8,763 nucleotides of DNA, from IMG/VR virus record IMGVR_UViG_2737471850_000007; one strand, written 5' to 3'. Of this stretch, positions 6,695 through 8,763 are shown piece by piece (the first letter of the stretch is position 1; each line of letters begins with the position of its first letter). A program made the position numbers and the translations under genes. This DNA is from a virus. Taxonomy: Duplodnaviria > Heunggongvirae > Uroviricota > Caudoviricetes. The notes under the pieces are model-generated. The model ran no database searches, was not told the DNA's origin, and was given only the letters and a program-made list of their open reading frames with translations.

Positions 6695-7479
6695 GAATAT
6701 ATTCCTTAAAATATTATTGATTTTCATTGCGATATTGTATGTCTGATTCAGGATATGTTGACTTATACATCGGTTTTGTCTGGGTTATTGGATATGCCAA
6801 TCCCTAATTTTATTAGAGCATGACTAAAAATGCTGAATATGATAAGGAGCGAAGTGATTATCAGTATGCTGTTCATATAGCCTCGAATTAGTAATGTGTT
6901 ATATATGATATAGTTGACAATTTTTATCCTGGGTGTTCTTAAAGTTCGTAGATAAACATTGTCGTTTCAGGTATACAGGAATGCTAACAGATGGCGGCAA
7001 AAATCAGGCGGTTTATGGCGCAAGCTGAAGTGGCAACTGCAAACTATCTTATGCAGAGACTCTACACGGATTGGGTTTAAAAGTATACATAGATAACAGT
7101 TTTTATCTGAAGAAGAAAAATATCAAGGTGATATAGCCTATATGCCTTTGATGTGGAGGAATGAATGTGATGGGAGTGATGTATCTGAATAGTTGAAAAA
7201 CCGCAGACACGCCTTATGCAAGAACGTGCTGCGGTTGGCTGGTAAATTTTTCGATAGTGCGAGTATTGAATGATTTCCAGCCGTTATTGATTTTACGCGT
7301 AACTCCATGAAAAAACTACTTATCTGTTGAGGAGTTTTTTTGGGGCATATATGGGACAGAAATGGGCCCCAGATAGACACTGAGATCGAACTTAGGATGC
7401 TTTTTAAAAAATGCAACTATCTGAAAAAACCTAGAAAACGTCAAGGAAACCACAGGATGGGAAAAAACACCTGTGAATT

Positions 7480-8763
7480 ATGGATTTCCAGTTATATTCG
7501 CTCGGCGCAGCGTTAGTGTTTCATGAAATATTTTTTCCTGAATCATCAACGGCAATGGCGTTAATTCTGGCAATGGGAACCTACGGTGCAGGTTATGTGG
7601 CGCGTATTGTCGGAGCATTTATTTTCGGCAAAATGGGCGACAGAATAGGGCGTAAAAAAGTGCTCTTTATTACCATCACCATGATGGGGATCTGTACCAC
7701 CTTAATTGGTGTGTTACCGACCTATGCACAGATTGGTGTTTTTGCACCCATCTTGCTGGTGACGTTGCGTATTATTCAGGGGTTGGGTGCAGGTGCGGAA
7801 ATTTCCGGTGCCGGTACGATGCTGGCGGAATATGCGCCAAAAGGTAAGCGCGGAATTATCTCCTCATTTGTGGCTATGGGAACTAACTGCGGAACCTTGA
7901 GCGCAACGGCAATCTGGGCCTTTATGTTCTTCATTCTCAGTAAAGAGGAACTGCTGGCGTGGGGATGGCGTATACCGTTCCTGGCGAGTGTTGTCGTGAT
8001 GGTCTTTGCTATCTGGTTGCGTATGAATCTGAAAGAAAGCCCGGTCTTTGAGAAGGTTAACGACAGTAACCAACCGACAGCAAAACCTGCACCTGCTGGT
8101 AGCATGTTCCAGAGCAAATCCTTCTGGCTGGCAACAGGGCTGCGTTTTGGTCAGGCGGGTAACTCCGGGTTAATTCAGACTTTCCTTGCAGGCTATTTAG
8201 TGCAGACGTTATTGTTTAACAAAGCAATTCCAACAGATGCATTGATGATCAGTTCGATTCTCGGCTTTATGACCATTCCGTTCCTTGGTTGGTTATCCGA
8301 TAAAATTGGTCGCCGGATCCCGTATATTATTATGAATACCTCCGCGATTGTGCTGGCATGGCCAATGCTTTCTATCATTGTAGATAAAAGCTATGCCCCG
8401 AGCACCATTATGGTTGCACTGATTGTGATTCATAACTGTGCGGTGCTGGGATTATTTGCTCTGGAAAACATTACCATGGCAGAAATGTTCGGCTGTAAAA
8501 ACCGCTTTACCCGGATGGCTATTTCTAAAGAAATTGGTGGTCTTATCGCTTCCGGTTTTGGTCCTATCCTGGCGGGTATTTTCTGCACCATGACGGAATC
8601 CTGGTATCCGATCGCCATTATGATCATGGCATATTCAGTGATTGGTTTAATCTCTGCGCTGAAAATGCCAGAGGTGAAAGACCGTGATTTAAGTGCGCTG
8701 GAAGACGCTGCGGAAGATCAACCGCGTGTTGTAAGAGCTGCGCAACCTTCCAGAAGTCTGTAA
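7480..8763 (+). CDS. ydfJ: MFS transporter of the metabolite:H+ symporter type (ProP/KgtP-like), 427 aa. It appears N-terminally truncated at the prophage junction.
   Basis: Hydrophobic multi-span protein with the MFS loop motif GKMGDRIGRKKVL and GWRIPF. The first residues MDFQLYSLGAALVFHEIFFP align to the conserved (E-W-F/Y)-D-F...FFP block that in ProP and KgtP follows a 25-35 aa cytoplasmic N-terminus, which is missing here. TAA at 8761-8763. Confidence 0.85.
   Translation: MDFQLYSLGAALVFHEIFFPESSTAMALILAMGTYGAGYVARIVGAFIFGKMGDRIGRKKVLFITITMMGICTTLIGVLPTYAQIGVFAPILLVTLRIIQGLGAGAEISGAGTMLAEYAPKGKRGIISSFVAMGTNCGTLSATAIWAFMFFILSKEELLAWGWRIPFLASVVVMVFAIWLRMNLKESPVFEKVNDSNQPTAKPAPAGSMFQSKSFWLATGLRFGQAGNSGLIQTFLAGYLVQTLLFNKAIPTDALMISSILGFMTIPFLGWLSDKIGRRIPYIIMNTSAIVLAWPMLSIIVDKSYAPSTIMVALIVIHNCAVLGLFALENITMAEMFGCKNRFTRMAISKEIGGLIASGFGPILAGIFCTMTESWYPIAIMIMAYSVIGLISALKMPEVKDRDLSALEDAAEDQPRVVRAAQPSRSL

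Larger units (their letters stand above)
1..7479. mobile_element. Defective lambdoid prophage arm (Qin-like): terminase genes truncated or chimeric, whole head/tail module deleted, cold-shock accessory genes and a Pin invertase retained. The left boundary lies outside the window; the right boundary is inferred near 7470-7480.
   Basis: Lambda-like Nu1, A, Stf and Tfa reading frames in lambda order but with internal deletions; accessory genes cspI, gnsB, ydfK, pin; host transporter homology resumes at 7480. Confidence 0.7.

Noticed and set aside
6771-6800. GGTTTTG...GGTTATTGGATAT with partial gix-like similarity upstream of ydfK
   Set aside because: On closer reading the two AAxAACC elements are direct rather than inverted and need an indel to match. 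More likely part of the ydfK promoter or leader.
7138-7416. Minus-strand ORF of 92 aa
   Set aside because: Low-complexity Ser/Leu/Phe-rich translation with no RBS and no recognisable motif, in AT-rich DNA near the prophage end.
7457-7500. Possibility that the ydfJ N-terminus is encoded upstream and lost by a single G deletion (TGGGAT to TGGAT), which would join ...CELW to DFQLY...
   Set aside because: The upstream frame (…KKPRKRQGNHRMGKNTCELW) reaches a stop only about 40 codons back and does not resemble the hydrophilic N-terminus plus E-W-Y/F-D-F motif of related transporters. Truncation at the prophage junction is the simpler reading; the short ORF is kept as a low-confidence observation.
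7776-8627. Minus-strand ORFs inside ydfJ (7776..8117, 7864..8073, 8193..8378, 8430..8627)
   Set aside because: They are antisense to a well-supported membrane transporter gene. Typical shadow ORFs.
1-8763. Search for tRNA, rRNA, CRISPR array, insertion-sequence transposase, toxin-antitoxin pair or defence-system genes
   Set aside because: No cloverleaf-compatible segments or direct-repeat arrays were noticed, and no ORF has transposase-, nuclease-, ATPase- or toxin-like motifs beyond the terminase fragment. Absence judged by eye only.

Overview
The window reads as one arm of a defective lambdoid prophage of the E. coli K-12 Qin type, ending at the host MFS transporter gene ydfJ. Gene order: cspI (cold-shock protein); an Ogr/Delta-like zinc-ribbon frame with no canonical start codon; a ynfN-like small ORF; gnsB; ydfO (-); a chimeric Nu1-type small-terminase gene (nohA type); the 5' part of large-terminase gene A fused by deletion to the 3' part of a side-tail-fibre gene; tfa; a convergent Pin-family serine invertase; ydfK (-); about 780 bp of AT-rich DNA without convincing ORFs; then ydfJ. 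No rRNA, tRNA or CRISPR array is present. All names and protein comparisons come from memory of lambda, P2 and E. coli K-12 proteins, not from a search. I do not see strong evidence for a wholly new system. The items most worth a second look are the start-less zinc-ribbon frame nested on the cspI stop codon, the Pin invertase with no invertible cassette, the Nu1 gene whose N-terminal DNA-binding region is replaced by foreign sequence, and the ydfJ junction.
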